Shown here one piece after another: positions 63,622 to 64,000 of a stretch of 64,000 nucleotides of DNA. The DNA is from Lytechinus pictus (Eukaryota). The notes below the pieces were generated by a model. That model was not told the origin of the DNA, searched no databases, and was given only the letters and a program-made list of their open reading frames with translations. Each line of letters begins with the position of its first letter. Positions within the stretch are counted from its first letter, which is position 1. The stretch is from assembly GCF_037042905.1 (NCBI RefSeq), contig NC_087252.1, positions 19,470,001 through 19,534,000 on the forward strand, written 5' to 3'. Made by a program: the position numbers and the translations under genes.

Positions 63622-64000
63622 GATGAGTGAATGGTAGGCCAATGTTGGATAGTGAATGGTAGGCCAATGGTGGATAGTGAATGGTAGGCCAATGTTGGAT
63701 AGTGAATGGTAGGCCAATGGTGGATAGTGAATGGTAGGCCAATGGTGGATAGTGAATGGTAGGCCAATGGTGGATGAGTGAATGGTAGGCCAATGGTTGA
63801 TCGTGAAAGGTAGGCCAATGGTGGATAGTGAATGGTAGGACAATGGTTGATCGTGAAAGGTAGGCCAATGGTGGATAGTGAATGGTAGGCCAATGGTGGA
63901 TAGTGAATGGTAGGCCAATGGTGGGTGAGTGAATGGTAGGCCAATGGTTGATCGTGAAAGGTAGACCAATGGTGGATAGTGAATGGTAGGCCAGTGTTGG
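63622..64000 (+). repeat. 25/26-bp satellite (runs off window)
   Basis: Same unit as 29191-30460. Confidence 0.95.

Overview
AT-rich, intron-containing animal DNA. The repeat families and CUB/LDLa gene style suggest an echinoderm, probably a sea urchin; this is inference. The window has two parts. (1) Positions 1 to ~22161 look like the right-hand portion of a large (>22 kb) tyrosine-recombinase mobile element. It carries a spliced + strand gene that the ORF track only partly shows. Eight GT-AG exons (396-534, 5926-6121, 6666-9789, 10386-10454, 11819-11887, 12398-12448, 13463-13558, 14526-14650) join in frame into a ~1290-aa, 5'-incomplete protein. Its parts are a SET (lysine methyltransferase) domain, Ser-rich repeats, Cys/His zinc-binding motifs, a tyrosine-recombinase catalytic domain and a short C-terminal helical domain. 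The region also holds ~800-bp tandem repeats inside and behind the gene, possible captured or decayed coding fragments and a subterminal foldback. It ends abruptly in a (TA)n microsatellite whose apparently uninterrupted paralogue lies at ~46020-46100. (2) From 22162 to the end lies part of a large + strand host gene made of at least five modules of [divergent CUB-like domain + 3 LDL-receptor class A repeats], with 22 exons found. Its introns carry MITEs, tRNA-derived SINEs and satellites, and there is a near-identical duplicated segment (22162-30460 vs ~46040-56230). Most long ORFs in the supplied track are satellite artefacts.
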